The notes beneath the pieces are model-generated. The model did not search any database, was not told the origin of the DNA, and was given only the letters and a program-made list of their open reading frames with translations. A DNA stretch of 32,000 bases from Halomicrobium mukohataei DSM 12286 (GTDB taxonomy: Archaea; Halobacteriota; Halobacteria; Halobacteriales; Haloarculaceae), in contig NC_013202.1 of assembly GCF_000023965.1 (NCBI RefSeq), forward strand, positions 1,680,001 to 1,712,000, in the 5' to 3' direction. Below are positions 23,821 through 32,000 of this stretch, one piece after another; within the stretch, counting starts at the first letter, position 1; every line of letters begins with the position of its first letter. Both the position numbers and the translations under genes were made by a program.

Positions 23821-25128
23821 ATGCGAACACTCGCTTTCGACGGCCGGATGGGTGCCAGCGGCGACATGCTGCTCGCTGCCCTCCTGGCCGTCGGTGCCGA
23901 TCGAGACGCCCTCGCCCCCGTCGAGGACGCCCTCCCGATCCGGTACGACGTCTCCGAGACGGTCGAACGCGGGATCGGTGCGACGAGCGTCGCCGTCGTG
24001 TTGACCGACGCAGACGAGACTCGGACGGACGGGACCGACGAGGACTCCCAGATGCCCTCGAAGGTACCGAAACACGACCACAGCCACGACCACGCGGACG
24101 ACAGTCACGATCACACTCACGGCGGTACTGCCGCCGAGGGACACGGTCCGTCTCGCTCGCTGGGCGAGGTCCGCGAGATCGTCGGGGAGATGACCCTCCC
24201 CGACGGCGTCGAGCGCGACGCGCTGGCGATCTTCGAGATTCTGGGCGAGGCCGAAGCCGCGGTCCACGACACGACCCTCGACGAGATGCACTTCCACGAG
24301 GTCGGGGCCGACGACGCCATCGCCGACGTGGTCGGCGTCTGTCTCCTGCTGGACGACCTCGGCGTCGAACGCGTCGTCACGACGCCGCTGTCCGCGGGCG
24401 GTGGCACCGTCGAGATGAGCCACGGGACCTACCCCGTTCCCGGCCCCGCCGTCGTCGAGATCGCCGAGCGGGCCGACTGGTCGCTCGCTGGCGGACCCGT
24501 CGACGCCGAGTTGCTGACGCCGACCGGTGCGAGCATCCTCGCACACGTCGCCGACGGCGTCGACGCGCTGCCGGAACTCGCCGTCGAGGCGTCTGGCTAC
24601 GGCGCTGGGGGGTACGACTTCGAGAATCGACCGAACGTCCTGCGGTCGATCGTCGGCGACGGTGGCGGCGGGCTCCGGCGCGACGAGATCACCGTCCTGG
24701 AGACGAACCTCGACGATACGACGCCGGAGGTACTGGGTAGCTTGCAGGAACGACTACAGGACGCGGGGGCGCGAGACGTGTCGATCCTCCCGGCCACGAT
24801 GAAGAAGTCACGACCGGGCCACCTCGTCAAGGTGGTCTGCAAGCCGGCAGACAGCGAGCGCGTCGCGCGCCGACTCGCCGAGGAGACGGGAACGCTGGGC
24901 GTTCGGGCCCACGGTGCCGGCCACCGCTGGATCGCCGACCGCGAGATCGTCACCGCCACCGTCGAGATCGACGGCGACGCCTACGAGATCGACGTGAAGG
25001 TCGCCACCGACAGCGAGGGCACCGTCTTCGACGTGAGCGGCGAGTACGACGACGCCGCGGGGGTCGCCGACGAGACCGGACTGCCCGTCCGCGAGGTGCT
25101 TCGGCGGGCCGAAGACGCCCTCCGGTAA
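23821..25128 (+). CDS. larC: LarC-like nickel insertion protein (DUF111 family)
   Basis: MRTLAFDGRMGASGDMLLAALL, a His/Asp-rich stretch HDHSHDHADDSHDHTHG, and HFHEVGADDAIADVVG. The C-terminal domain contains MKKSRPGHLVKV. Confidence 0.85.
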   Translation: MRTLAFDGRMGASGDMLLAALLAVGADRDALAPVEDALPIRYDVSETVERGIGATSVAVVLTDADETRTDGTDEDSQMPSKVPKHDHSHDHADDSHDHTHGGTAAEGHGPSRSLGEVREIVGEMTLPDGVERDALAIFEILGEAEAAVHDTTLDEMHFHEVGADDAIADVVGVCLLLDDLGVERVVTTPLSAGGGTVEMSHGTYPVPGPAVVEIAERADWSLAGGPVDAELLTPTGASILAHVADGVDALPELAVEASGYGAGGYDFENRPNVLRSIVGDGGGGLRRDEITVLETNLDDTTPEVLGSLQERLQDAGARDVSILPATMKKSRPGHLVKVVCKPADSERVARRLAEETGTLGVRAHGAGHRWIADREIVTATVEIDGDAYEIDVKVATDSEGTVFDVSGEYDDAAGVADETGLPVREVLRRAEDALR

Positions 25129-25132
25129 CTGG

Positions 25133-25420
25133 TCAGGGATCTGCGCGCTGACGGTCGGTCGCCAGCGAGTCGTCCAGGACCGTCTTCGTGATCGCGACCG
25201 CCCCGACGGCCACGAGCAGGAAGCCGGCGATCTCGGTCAGGAAGCCCGAGACGCTCAGCAGCGGGCGCTGGAGGAAGCGTGGCAGCAGGGCGACGACGAT
25301 GGACAGCGGTTCGAGCACGTTCCAGTTCCGGAGGGCCAGTCCCACGAAGACGACGCCGTAGAGGACGAGCAGTTTCCGTTTGGCCGCGTACGCGAGCGTC
25401 GCACCGAGTGGAGGGCGCAT
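25133..25420 (-). CDS. Small hypothetical membrane protein (95 aa)
   Basis: Trimmed to the Met at 25420 (MRPPLGATLAYAAKRKLLVLYGVVFVGLAL...). It has three hydrophobic spans and GC3 bias. Confidence 0.5.
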   Translation of the reverse strand: MRPPLGATLAYAAKRKLLVLYGVVFVGLALRNWNVLEPLSIVVALLPRFLQRPLLSVSGFLTEIAGFLLVAVGAVAITKTVLDDSLATDRQRADP

Positions 25421-25473
25421 GGTTCGATGAGCTTGCGGGCGTGCAAAATGGATTTCGGGTCGTCGCCGACCGG

Positions 25474-26220
25474 TCACGCGTCGTTGGTGTCACCGTCGTC
25501 GCGGTGCTCGGCCAGCGCCTCCTCGATCGTCAACTGCCCGTCTGCGACACGGCGGGCCAGCGCCTCGCCGATGGCCCGGTTCGTCTCGCTGGCCTCTCGG
25601 GAACGCTCCTTGATGCGCTTGAGTTCGCCCGCCGTGGGATCGATCTCGCGGGACTCGATCTCCTCGCCCTCGATACGGGCGATGTTGACCGCCGCGAGCA
25701 CGTCTCCCATGCCGCGGGTTCCCGTTCCGAGGTGTGGCGTCGTCCCGGTCTCGTCGACCAGTTCGACGGTCACGTCGCCGAGGTCGTCGATGATCCGCGC
25801 TCCCAGCAGTCGCGCGCCGTCGCCGATCCGGACGAGCGGGTCGACCGCTTCGGCCAGCTCCTCGTGGACGGCCTCGGCGACCCGATCGGCCGGCACCTGA
25901 AACGCGGCGACGATCATCTCGCCCGAGCACACGGCGATGCCCGGCCGGTCACCGGGGTCGATACCGACGATCAGTTTCCCGTCGCCGCCCCGCAGGAGCG
26001 CGGCCACCTCGTCGACGGCCCGGCGCGGGTTTTCTGGATCGGCCCGGACCACGTCGACGCCACCCGGGTCGTGGGACTCGTCGGCCGCCGTCACGACGAC
26101 CGCCGTCCCGTCGGGCAGTTGGTCGCCGGGCTCGACCGTCGTGAAAGTCAGCCCGCGGTCCCGTAGCTCCCCGACCACCCCGTGATACACTTCGAAGTCC
26201 TCCGTTGCGACGACGATCAC
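25474..26220 (-). CDS. Conserved hypothetical protein, possibly an RNase H-fold (RuvC/YqgF-like) nuclease
   Basis: GTG start at 26220 (VIVVATEDFEVYHGVVGELRDRGLTF...). The KLIVGIDPGDRPGIAV strand-turn-strand motif resembles the first Asp motif of RNase H-fold proteins. There is no in-frame ATG. The function call is weak. Confidence 0.45.
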   Translation of the reverse strand: MIVVATEDFEVYHGVVGELRDRGLTFTTVEPGDQLPDGTAVVVTAADESHDPGGVDVVRADPENPRRAVDEVAALLRGGDGKLIVGIDPGDRPGIAVCSGEMIVAAFQVPADRVAEAVHEELAEAVDPLVRIGDGARLLGARIIDDLGDVTVELVDETGTTPHLGTGTRGMGDVLAAVNIARIEGEEIESREIDPTAGELKRIKERSREASETNRAIGEALARRVADGQLTIEEALAEHRDDGDTNDA

Positions 26221-26279
26221 TGTTCGGAGGTTGTCGTGGCCCCTGCAAGTATTTACTGCCGGGCGAGCAACCGGATGGT

Positions 26280-27131
26280 ATGTCCAACGCCGCCCCACGC
26301 TCGGCCCCCGCCCTCCCGTTCGAACCGCCCGATCCGCAGTTTCGGCTCGTCGTCGGCCTGTACGTCGCACTGCTGGTCGTCCCGCTCGTGCTGTTCGGTG
26401 CCGTCACTGTCGGCTTCTCGGACGCTGCGGCGCTCTATGGCGTCTTCCTGATCGCGGGCCTCCTCCTCGTCGCGGTCGTCACCTGGGCGCTCGGTCGCCT
26501 CGATGGCGCTGCCGTCAGACTGGGCAACAGTCGCCTTCGGTGGTTTCTCTCGCTTCCAGCGCTCGGTCTCATCGTCGGTTCGTTCACCACCCTCTCACGT
26601 ATCGGCGGGATCGCGATGGTGGGATTCTTCCTCGGTCTGTTCGCCGCCCTCGCAGGATTGCTGCTGGCGGTGATGGCTCGCAGCCGCTACGTCAAAACGC
26701 TCCTCGACGCCGTTGACGTTGATGGCGAGTGGACTGCTGGCTGGCCTGCTGCCGCCAAGCGCCGCGTCGAATGGCTCGCTGCCGTGTCGATGCTCGCCGG
26801 TGTCGTGACTTTCGCCGGCGGTCTCGCGGTCGGCGGACAGTTCTGGTTCCCGGGCCAGTTTCTGGTTGCGATCGGGGCCGCGATCACGGGCTACGGCCAG
26901 TCACAGGACTACGCGGTGACGCCGGCCGGCATCACCGTCGAACGGGGCGGCTTCCGACGCTTCTACGAGTGGAGTCACTTCGACGGCTACACGCGGACCG
27001 ACGACGCACTCGTCTGCCACCGCCCCCGTCGCGTCGACGTTCGCTTCGCGCTGGACGACCTGGACGACCCCGACGCCGTCGAGGGCATCCTCAGTCGATA
27101 CCTCGGCCGGTCCGAGGTCGCCAGCGTTTAG
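26280..27131 (+). CDS. Hypothetical membrane protein with a possible C-terminal bacterial-PH-like domain
   Basis: Trimmed to the ATG at 26280 (MSNAAPRSAPALPFEPPDPQFRLVVGLYVALLVV...). It has 5-6 helices, then GITVERGGFRRFYEWSHFDGYTRTDDALVCHRP. A TATA-like GTATTTAC lies 24-31 nt upstream. Confidence 0.55.
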   Translation: MSNAAPRSAPALPFEPPDPQFRLVVGLYVALLVVPLVLFGAVTVGFSDAAALYGVFLIAGLLLVAVVTWALGRLDGAAVRLGNSRLRWFLSLPALGLIVGSFTTLSRIGGIAMVGFFLGLFAALAGLLLAVMARSRYVKTLLDAVDVDGEWTAGWPAAAKRRVEWLAAVSMLAGVVTFAGGLAVGGQFWFPGQFLVAIGAAITGYGQSQDYAVTPAGITVERGGFRRFYEWSHFDGYTRTDDALVCHRPRRVDVRFALDDLDDPDAVEGILSRYLGRSEVASV

Positions 27132-27155
27132 ACGGGGCTCGGCGTAGTCTCGTCC

Positions 27156-27863
27156 GTGAGTGAGTACGTTTCGACCGGCTGCGCGGAGATCGACGACCTG
27201 CTCGGTGGCGGGTTCGAGCGCGGCGCGGTCACCCAGATCTACGGCCCACCAGCAGCGGGCAAGACGAACCTCGCGCTCAGTGGCGCGGTCGAGGTGGCGG
27301 CCGCCGGTGACTCGGCGCTGTACATCGACACGGAGGGGCTGTCGGCCGACCGGATGGAGCAGATCGCTGGCGCACGCGCCAGCGAGACCGACGAGACGCT
27401 CGCGGCCCTGGCCGAACGAATCGTCGTCTCCGAGGCGCTCGACTTCGAGGACCAGGAGGTCGCCGTCCAGGACGCCGCAGAGCTGGCCTCGCAGGTCGAG
27501 CTGATCGTCCTCGACAGCGCGACCGGCTTCTACCGGCTCGAACGGGACGACGGCGACGGCGGCGAGGCGCTGCGGGACGTGGCCCGCCAGATCACGCACC
27601 TGCTCTCGCTTGCCCGCAAGCACGATCTGGCCGTCGCCGTCACCAACCAGGTCTTCGCGGATCCGGACAGCGACGGCACCCGTGCCCTGGGCGGCCACAC
27701 GCTGAACCACTGGTCCGGCGCGATCCTCCGACTCGATCGGTTCCGGGGCGGGAATCGGAGAGCGACACTGGAGAAACACCGCGCCAAGGCCGCGGGCGAC
27801 ACCGCCCAGTTCCGGATCACCGAGGCCGGTCTGGCCGGCGGACAGGACCGTTCGCTCGATTAG
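27156..27863 (+). CDS. radB: DNA repair and recombination protein RadB
   Basis: GTG start. The sequence is VSTGCAEIDDLLGGGFERGAVTQIYGPPAAGKTNLAL (Walker A), LIVLDSATGFYR (Walker B), then AVAVTNQV. The length of 235 aa is typical of RadB rather than RadA. Confidence 0.88.
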   Translation: MSEYVSTGCAEIDDLLGGGFERGAVTQIYGPPAAGKTNLALSGAVEVAAAGDSALYIDTEGLSADRMEQIAGARASETDETLAALAERIVVSEALDFEDQEVAVQDAAELASQVELIVLDSATGFYRLERDDGDGGEALRDVARQITHLLSLARKHDLAVAVTNQVFADPDSDGTRALGGHTLNHWSGAILRLDRFRGGNRRATLEKHRAKAAGDTAQFRITEAGLAGGQDRSLD

Positions 27864-28540
27864 TAGATCAGTTCGTCGTCGTTCTCGACCATGTACAGCG
27901 TCCGGGCGGCGATGTTGACGGCGTGATCTCCGACCCGTTCGAGGTCTCGAATCGTCAACAGGAGACGCGACACGTCGTTCATCAGCTGTTCGATCTCCGT
28001 TTCGTCGGCACCGTCGCCGACCTCGCGCTCGATGAGGTCGCGGACGACCGCCTCGGAGGCGTCTTCACAGCGTTCGTCGATCTCGTCGTCGCGTTCGGCG
28101 ATCTGGTAGCAGGCGTCGGTGTCCTCGTCGCGGTACCCCGCCATCGCGTCCTCGATCATCTCCAGGGTGTGGTCGGCGATGCCCTGAATGTCGACCTCGG
28201 GGAACATGTCCCGGTCGGCGGTGAGCGTGTACTCGCCGAGGTTGGTCGCCAGATCGGCGACGCGTTCGAGGTCGGTGATGATCTTGAACGAGGCGGCGAT
28301 AAAGCGCAGGTCACCGGCGACGGGCTGTTGGAGCGCCAGCAGGTCGACACAGTCCTGTTCGAGTTCGAGGTACATCTGGTTGATCTCGTCGTCGCCCTCG
28401 ATGACTTCCCAGGCCAGTTCCTCGTCTTTCTGTTCGAGCGCGTCGAGTCCGACGCGGAACCGCTCCAGGACGACTTCGGACATGTAGAGTACGTCTTCCC
28501 GAAGCTCTTCGAGGCGTTCTTGATACGATTCGCGTGGCAT
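27860..28540 (-). CDS. phoU: PhoU-domain phosphate regulator (paralog 1)
   Basis: MPRESYQERLEELREDVLYM...ALQQPVAGDLRFIAASFKIITDLERVADLA...LERVGDHAVNIAARTLYMVENDDELIY. An alternative ATG lies at 28561. Confidence 0.85.
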   Translation of the reverse strand: MPRESYQERLEELREDVLYMSEVVLERFRVGLDALEQKDEELAWEVIEGDDEINQMYLELEQDCVDLLALQQPVAGDLRFIAASFKIITDLERVADLATNLGEYTLTADRDMFPEVDIQGIADHTLEMIEDAMAGYRDEDTDACYQIAERDDEIDERCEDASEAVVRDLIEREVGDGADETEIEQLMNDVSRLLLTIRDLERVGDHAVNIAARTLYMVENDDELIY

Positions 28541-28646
28541 GCACGGTCTTGCGCCGGACATCCGTATCAGGCTTTCCCTTCGCCCAACCGTCGACTGTCC
28601 ACGTCGCTTCCGGACGCCGGTCTACACGGACGCTCGTCGTTGCTCA

Positions 28647-28726
28647 TACGGACGGTTGTAGGCGTTTACCCAGTCGACCGCACGACGGCGTGCGGTCGAT
28701 CTGGTAAAGACCTACAACTTTCCGTA
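28647..28726. mobile_element. Foldback MITE copy D (80 nt), flanked by TCA (28644-28646) and TCA (28727-28729)
   Basis: The sequence is identical to copy B at 9886-9965. It lies between the two phoU paralogs. Confidence 0.85.
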
Positions 28727-28823
28727 TCAGTCACCGTCCGTCTCGTGCTGCCGGCTGTCACGTCGTGACGAGATTCGCCACTCCGGAGCGGCGAAATCCC
28801 TCACAGATGGACAGCCGGTCGTA

Positions 28824-29492
28824 TCAGTAGATCAGTTCGTCGTCGCTCTCGATCATGTAGAAGGTCCGGGCAGCGATGTTGACGGCGTGGTCGCCGACCC
28901 GTTCGAGGTCGCGGACGGTCAGGAGAAACTGCTTGGTGTCTGCCAGCAGCGCCTCGTGCTCGTCGCCGGCCGCGTCGTACGTCGCCAGGTATCGCACGAG
29001 GTCGTCGGCCGCGGCCTCACAGCGCTGGTCGAGGTCCGTATCGTCGGCCACGACCGTCCGACACTGCTCTGGGTCCTCCTCGACGTAGGCCGCGATCGCG
29101 TCGGCCACCTGGCTGCTGGCCATCTCGGCGATGTCGGCGATCGGGACGACGGTGAGGCGGTCGCGTCCGGGCGTCCCGGCGTACCGGCCGATGTTGGCGG
29201 CGAGGTCGGCGATTCGCTCCAGATCGGTGAGAATCTTGAACGTCGCGACGACGAATCTGAGATCGCCGGCCACGGGCTGTTGGAGCGCCAGCAGATCGAT
29301 ACACTCGCTTTCGAGTTCGAGATACAGCTCGTTGACCTCGTCGTCGCGCTCGGCGATCTCCCGGCCGCCGTCCTCGTCGCCGTCCTCGTAGGCGCGTGCC
29401 GCCTCGCGGAGGCGCTCGACGACCAGCGTCGCCATCGACGTGACGCCCTCTTTCAGCGTTTCGAGCTCGGTTTCGTAGCGATCTCGTGTCAT
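28824..29492 (-). CDS. phoU: PhoU-domain phosphate regulator (paralog 2)
   Basis: Trimmed to the Met at 29492 (MTRDRYETELETLKEGV...ALQQPVAGDLRFVVATFKILTDLERIADLA...LERVGDHAVNIAARTFYMIESDDELIY). Confidence 0.85.
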   Translation of the reverse strand: MTRDRYETELETLKEGVTSMATLVVERLREAARAYEDGDEDGGREIAERDDEVNELYLELESECIDLLALQQPVAGDLRFVVATFKILTDLERIADLAANIGRYAGTPGRDRLTVVPIADIAEMASSQVADAIAAYVEEDPEQCRTVVADDTDLDQRCEAAADDLVRYLATYDAAGDEHEALLADTKQFLLTVRDLERVGDHAVNIAARTFYMIESDDELIY

Positions 29493-29514
29493 GTGTCTCC
29501 GTTCGATCGGTAGC

Positions 29515-30183
29515 TCACTCGATCCGGACGCCCAGTCGGTCGGCCAGTTCGTAGAGGTCTGCGACCTCGTAGGTCGGCGTCGCCGAGAGATCGAGGTCGG
29601 CGCGGTGGTCACGCCGGAGGAACGCCGAGTCGATCCCGGCCCGCTGGGCAGCGACCACGTCTTTCTCGCTGTCGCCGACGTACAGCGCCGATCGCGTGCC
29701 GAGGTCGTCGAGCGCCGCCTCGATGTAGCTTGGGTCCGGCTTCCTGCGTCTCGCGCCTTCTATTGTGGGGACGCGTCCGTACGCGGTCTCGAAGTGTCTC
29801 CCGAGGTCGTGGTGGTCGAGGATGAACTCGATCGTCGCGTGCTGGTTGTTGCTGACGAGGCCGGTCCTGTGGGGCAGGGCTGTCACTGCGTCGCTGTCGT
29901 CGTACAGTGCTTTCTCACCGCTTCGAATCGCCTGGCGCTGGTACTCGCTGGCGATGGCTTCGCGCCGCTCCCAGAACCGTGCGGGGTCGATCCCGTACTC
30001 GCGTTCGAAGTCGCCGTCGGGTACGGCACCGGCGGCGACCATCTCGCGGGCGCGCGCCTCGTCGACCGTCACGTCGAACTCGGCGAAGGTGTCGCTTACT
30101 GCCCGGGCCAACCGTCCTCTGTCGGTCGGTTCGATGAGAACTCCGTCGTTGTCGAAGACGACCGCGTCGTACGCTGGTGCCAT
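29515..30183 (-). CDS. HAD-superfamily hydrolase (phosphatase-like)
   Basis: Motif I is AVVFDNDGVLIEP, motif II is GLVSNN, and motif III/IV is YVGDSEKDVVAAQRAG. Confidence 0.8.
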   Translation of the reverse strand: MAPAYDAVVFDNDGVLIEPTDRGRLARAVSDTFAEFDVTVDEARAREMVAAGAVPDGDFEREYGIDPARFWERREAIASEYQRQAIRSGEKALYDDSDAVTALPHRTGLVSNNQHATIEFILDHHDLGRHFETAYGRVPTIEGARRRKPDPSYIEAALDDLGTRSALYVGDSEKDVVAAQRAGIDSAFLRRDHRADLDLSATPTYEVADLYELADRLGVRIE

Positions 30184-30192
30184 TCGTCGGCG

Positions 30193-31086
30193 TTATCCGA
30201 ACTTGCCGGTGATGTAGTCCTCGACGCGCTGGTGCTCCGGGTTCTCGAAGATCGACTGCGTGTCGCCGAACTCGACGAGTTCGCCGCCGGTGAGGAAGAC
30301 GGCGGTCTTGTCCGAGATCCGGGCGGCCTGTTGCATGTTGTGCGTGACGATGACGACAGTAAACTCTTCTGCCAGTTCCTCGATGAGATCTTCGATCTTC
30401 GAGGTGGCGATCGGGTCCAGCGCCGACGCCGGTTCGTCCATGAGGATCACGTCGGGGTCGACCGCGATGGCCCGCGCGATACAGAGGCGCTGTTGTTGCC
30501 CACCCGAGAGGTCGAGCGCTGACTTGTCGAGTTGGTCCTCGACCTCGTCCCACAGCGCCGCTCGCTTGAGCGCCGTCTCGACCTTCTGGTCTAAGTTCTC
30601 GGTCTCGTCCTGGATCCGCAGGCCGTAGGCGACGTTGTCGTAGATGCTCTTGGGGAAGGGGTTGGGGTGCTGGAACACCATCCCGATCCGGCGGCGCAGT
30701 GCGACCGGGTCAACGTCGTCGTCGTAGATGTTCTTGCCCTCGAAGTAGAGCTCGCCCTCGACCCTGGCGGCGTCGATGAGGTCGTTCATCCGGTTGATCG
30801 AGCGCAGGAACGTGGACTTCCCACAGCCCGAGGGGCCGATCATCGCCGTCACCTGATTCTCGGGGATCGACATCGTGATGCCCTGTAGGGCCTGTACGTC
30901 GCCGTAGAAGACGTTCAGGTCTCGGGCCTCGATGACGGTGTCTCGGCCGGGCTGGGCACCGCCGTCGGTGCCGTCGACCTCGATCGACTGGTCGACGAGT
31001 GGCTCACCCGACGGATCCGGGGTGGCAGTGGTCCCAACGGCAGCGGGATCGGTACTGTCGTCGCTCGTCATCTCGTTCTGTGTCAT
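30193..31086 (-). CDS. pstB: Phosphate ABC transporter ATP-binding protein
   Basis: [12 protein letters not shown] (Walker A), [14 protein letters not shown] (signature) and [12 protein letters not shown] (Walker B). The acidic N-terminal extension is typical of haloarchaea. Confidence 0.93.
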   Translation of the reverse strand: MTQNEMTSDDSTDPAAVGTTATPDPSGEPLVDQSIEVDGTDGGAQPGRDTVIEARDLNVFYGDVQALQGITMSIPENQVTAMIGPSGCGKSTFLRSINRMNDLIDAARVEGELYFEGKNIYDDDVDPVALRRRIGMVFQHPNPFPKSIYDNVAYGLRIQDETENLDQKVETALKRAALWDEVEDQLDKSALDLSGGQQQRLCIARAIAVDPDVILMDEPASALDPIATSKIEDLIEELAEEFTVVIVTHNMQQAARISDKTAVFLTGGELVEFGDTQSIFENPEHQRVEDYITGKFG

Positions 31087-31092
31087 GGATTG

Positions 31093-32000
31093 TCACTCTC
31101 GTTGATACCGGTTGCGGATGACGATCGCAGTCGCGTTCATCACCAGCAACACCGCGAGTAGCGTGATCACGCCAGCGGCGAGGACGCCGTGGCGAAACGC
31201 CGGCTCCAGTTCGCTCGACCAGCTGTAGATCTGTCGGGGCATCATACCCGCCACGTCGAAGAAGCCGTTCGGGGCGAGTCGCACCGACGCCGCCGCCCCG
31301 ATCATCAGCAGCGGTGCCGTCTCGCCGATCGCGCGCCCGAGCGCCAGGATCGTCCCGGTGAGAATTCCCGGCAGAGCTTCGGGCAGGACGACCTGACGGA
31401 TCGTCTGCCAGCGGGTCGCACCCATCCCGTAGGAGGCCTGTCGGAACGAGTCGGGCACCGAGCGGATCGCCTCCTGTGAGGAGATGATGACGATCGGCAG
31501 GATCAACAGACCGACTGCGAGGCCGGCGACGACGATCGAGCCCTGGGGCCACTGGACGATCCGGATGAACAGTGCCAGTCCCAGCAGGCCGTAGACGACC
31601 GAGGGGACGCCGGCCAGGTTCCCGATGTTGATCTCGACGAGCGTGACGAACTTGCCCATCGGCCCCTCGGAGGGAGCGTACTCTTCCAGATAGATCGCCG
31701 CACCGACGCCGACGGGGAACGTCGCCAGGACGATCACGATGATCATCATCACCGAGCCGACCATCGCGGGGTAGATCCCGGCGTCGGCGGCGGTCCGCGA
31801 GGTCGCGCTGGTCAGGAACCCCCAGTCGATCCAGGAGTCGGGACCGGCGAAACCGGCGGCCTCCACGACGACGCTGCCGACGGCCACCCCGAGGACGGCG
31901 GTGACCGGGAAGGCCAGTCCGCGCACGCCCTCACGGCGGCCCACGACGCCTTCGACGTAGATGCCGACCGGCAGCGCGACGAACGCGACCAGCAGCATCC
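31093..32000 (-). CDS. pstA: Phosphate ABC transporter permease PstA (the 5' end may lie beyond the window)
   Basis: Multi-pass membrane protein with the permease EAA-type loop ASYGMGATRWQTIRQVVLPEALPGILTG. It lies directly upstream of pstB. The ORF is still open at the window edge. Confidence 0.85.
   Translation of the reverse strand, partial: MLLVAFVALPVGIYVEGVVGRREGVRGLAFPVTAVLGVAVGSVVVEAAGFAGPDSWIDWGFLTSATSRTAADAGIYPAMVGSVMMIIVIVLATFPVGVGAAIYLEEYAPSEGPMGKFVTLVEINIGNLAGVPSVVYGLLGLALFIRIVQWPQGSIVVAGLAVGLLILPIVIISSQEAIRSVPDSFRQASYGMGATRWQTIRQVVLPEALPGILTGTILALGRAIGETAPLLMIGAAASVRLAPNGFFDVAGMMPRQIYSWSSELEPAFRHGVLAAGVITLLAVLLVMNATAIVIRNRYQRE

Noticed and set aside
28515-28570. TGA-TACGATTCG...GGACATCCGTA-TCA around the phoU-1 start, which looks like another short MITE derivative.
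   Set aside because: The flanking triplets differ (TGA versus TCA). The left tip is coding sequence for the conserved PhoU N-terminus (RESYQE). Only the right 9-10 nt (TCCGTATCAG) resemble the element, so at best it is a solo end. The CGTATCAG at 28820-28827 next to the phoU-2 stop is similarly weak.

Overview
High-GC chromosomal segment from a haloarchaeon (class Halobacteria), judged from GC3-rich codons and Asp/Glu-rich proteins. All calls come from reading the sequence and the ORF track by eye; no searches were run.

Gene content: mostly housekeeping genes. These are a receiver/PAS histidine kinase, a sulfite-oxidase-like molybdoenzyme, pspA, class II ribonucleotide reductase nrdJ, a translationally coupled trpD-trpF-trpE-trpG operon and tRNA-Val(GAC). 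There is also a winged-helix/HTH_10 regulator pair, a CBS protein with an HPF/RaiA-like tail, cdc48, a USP, larC, radB and the distal part of a pst operon (pstA, pstB, a HAD hydrolase, two phoU paralogs). Many long ORF-track entries are antisense or N-terminally extended high-GC artefacts, so several starts were trimmed, some to GTG.

Main non-coding signal 1: a 79-80 bp foldback element with TACGG...CCGTA termini. It is flanked each time by a direct 3-bp T(C/G)A repeat. There are four full copies plus a 22-nt relic.
- Two copies are identical in sequence.
- One copy splits a vapC (PIN) toxin gene, and removing 82 nt restores the reading frame.
- Three of the five copies use a gene's TGA stop codon as the duplicated triplet.
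- I read this as an active miniature inverted-repeat transposable element (MITE) family. No transposase is present in this window.

Main non-coding signal 2: a modular family of near-perfect long hairpins with GAGCGAAGCGAG-like or GAACGGAGTGAG-like loops.
- It occurs as three short inserts of 97, 207 and about 350 nt, each bracketed by an unusually long direct repeat of 26, 45 or 29 nt.
- Two of those repeats duplicate a gene 3' end (tRNA-Val and the CBS gene).
- The pattern looks like attL/attR, but the inserts are far too small to encode an integrase.
- The 18.1-20.9 kb stretch carrying most of these also holds a low-GC islet and atypical small membrane ORFs.

No CRISPR array, rRNA or recognisable defence operon other than the broken vapBC pair was seen.
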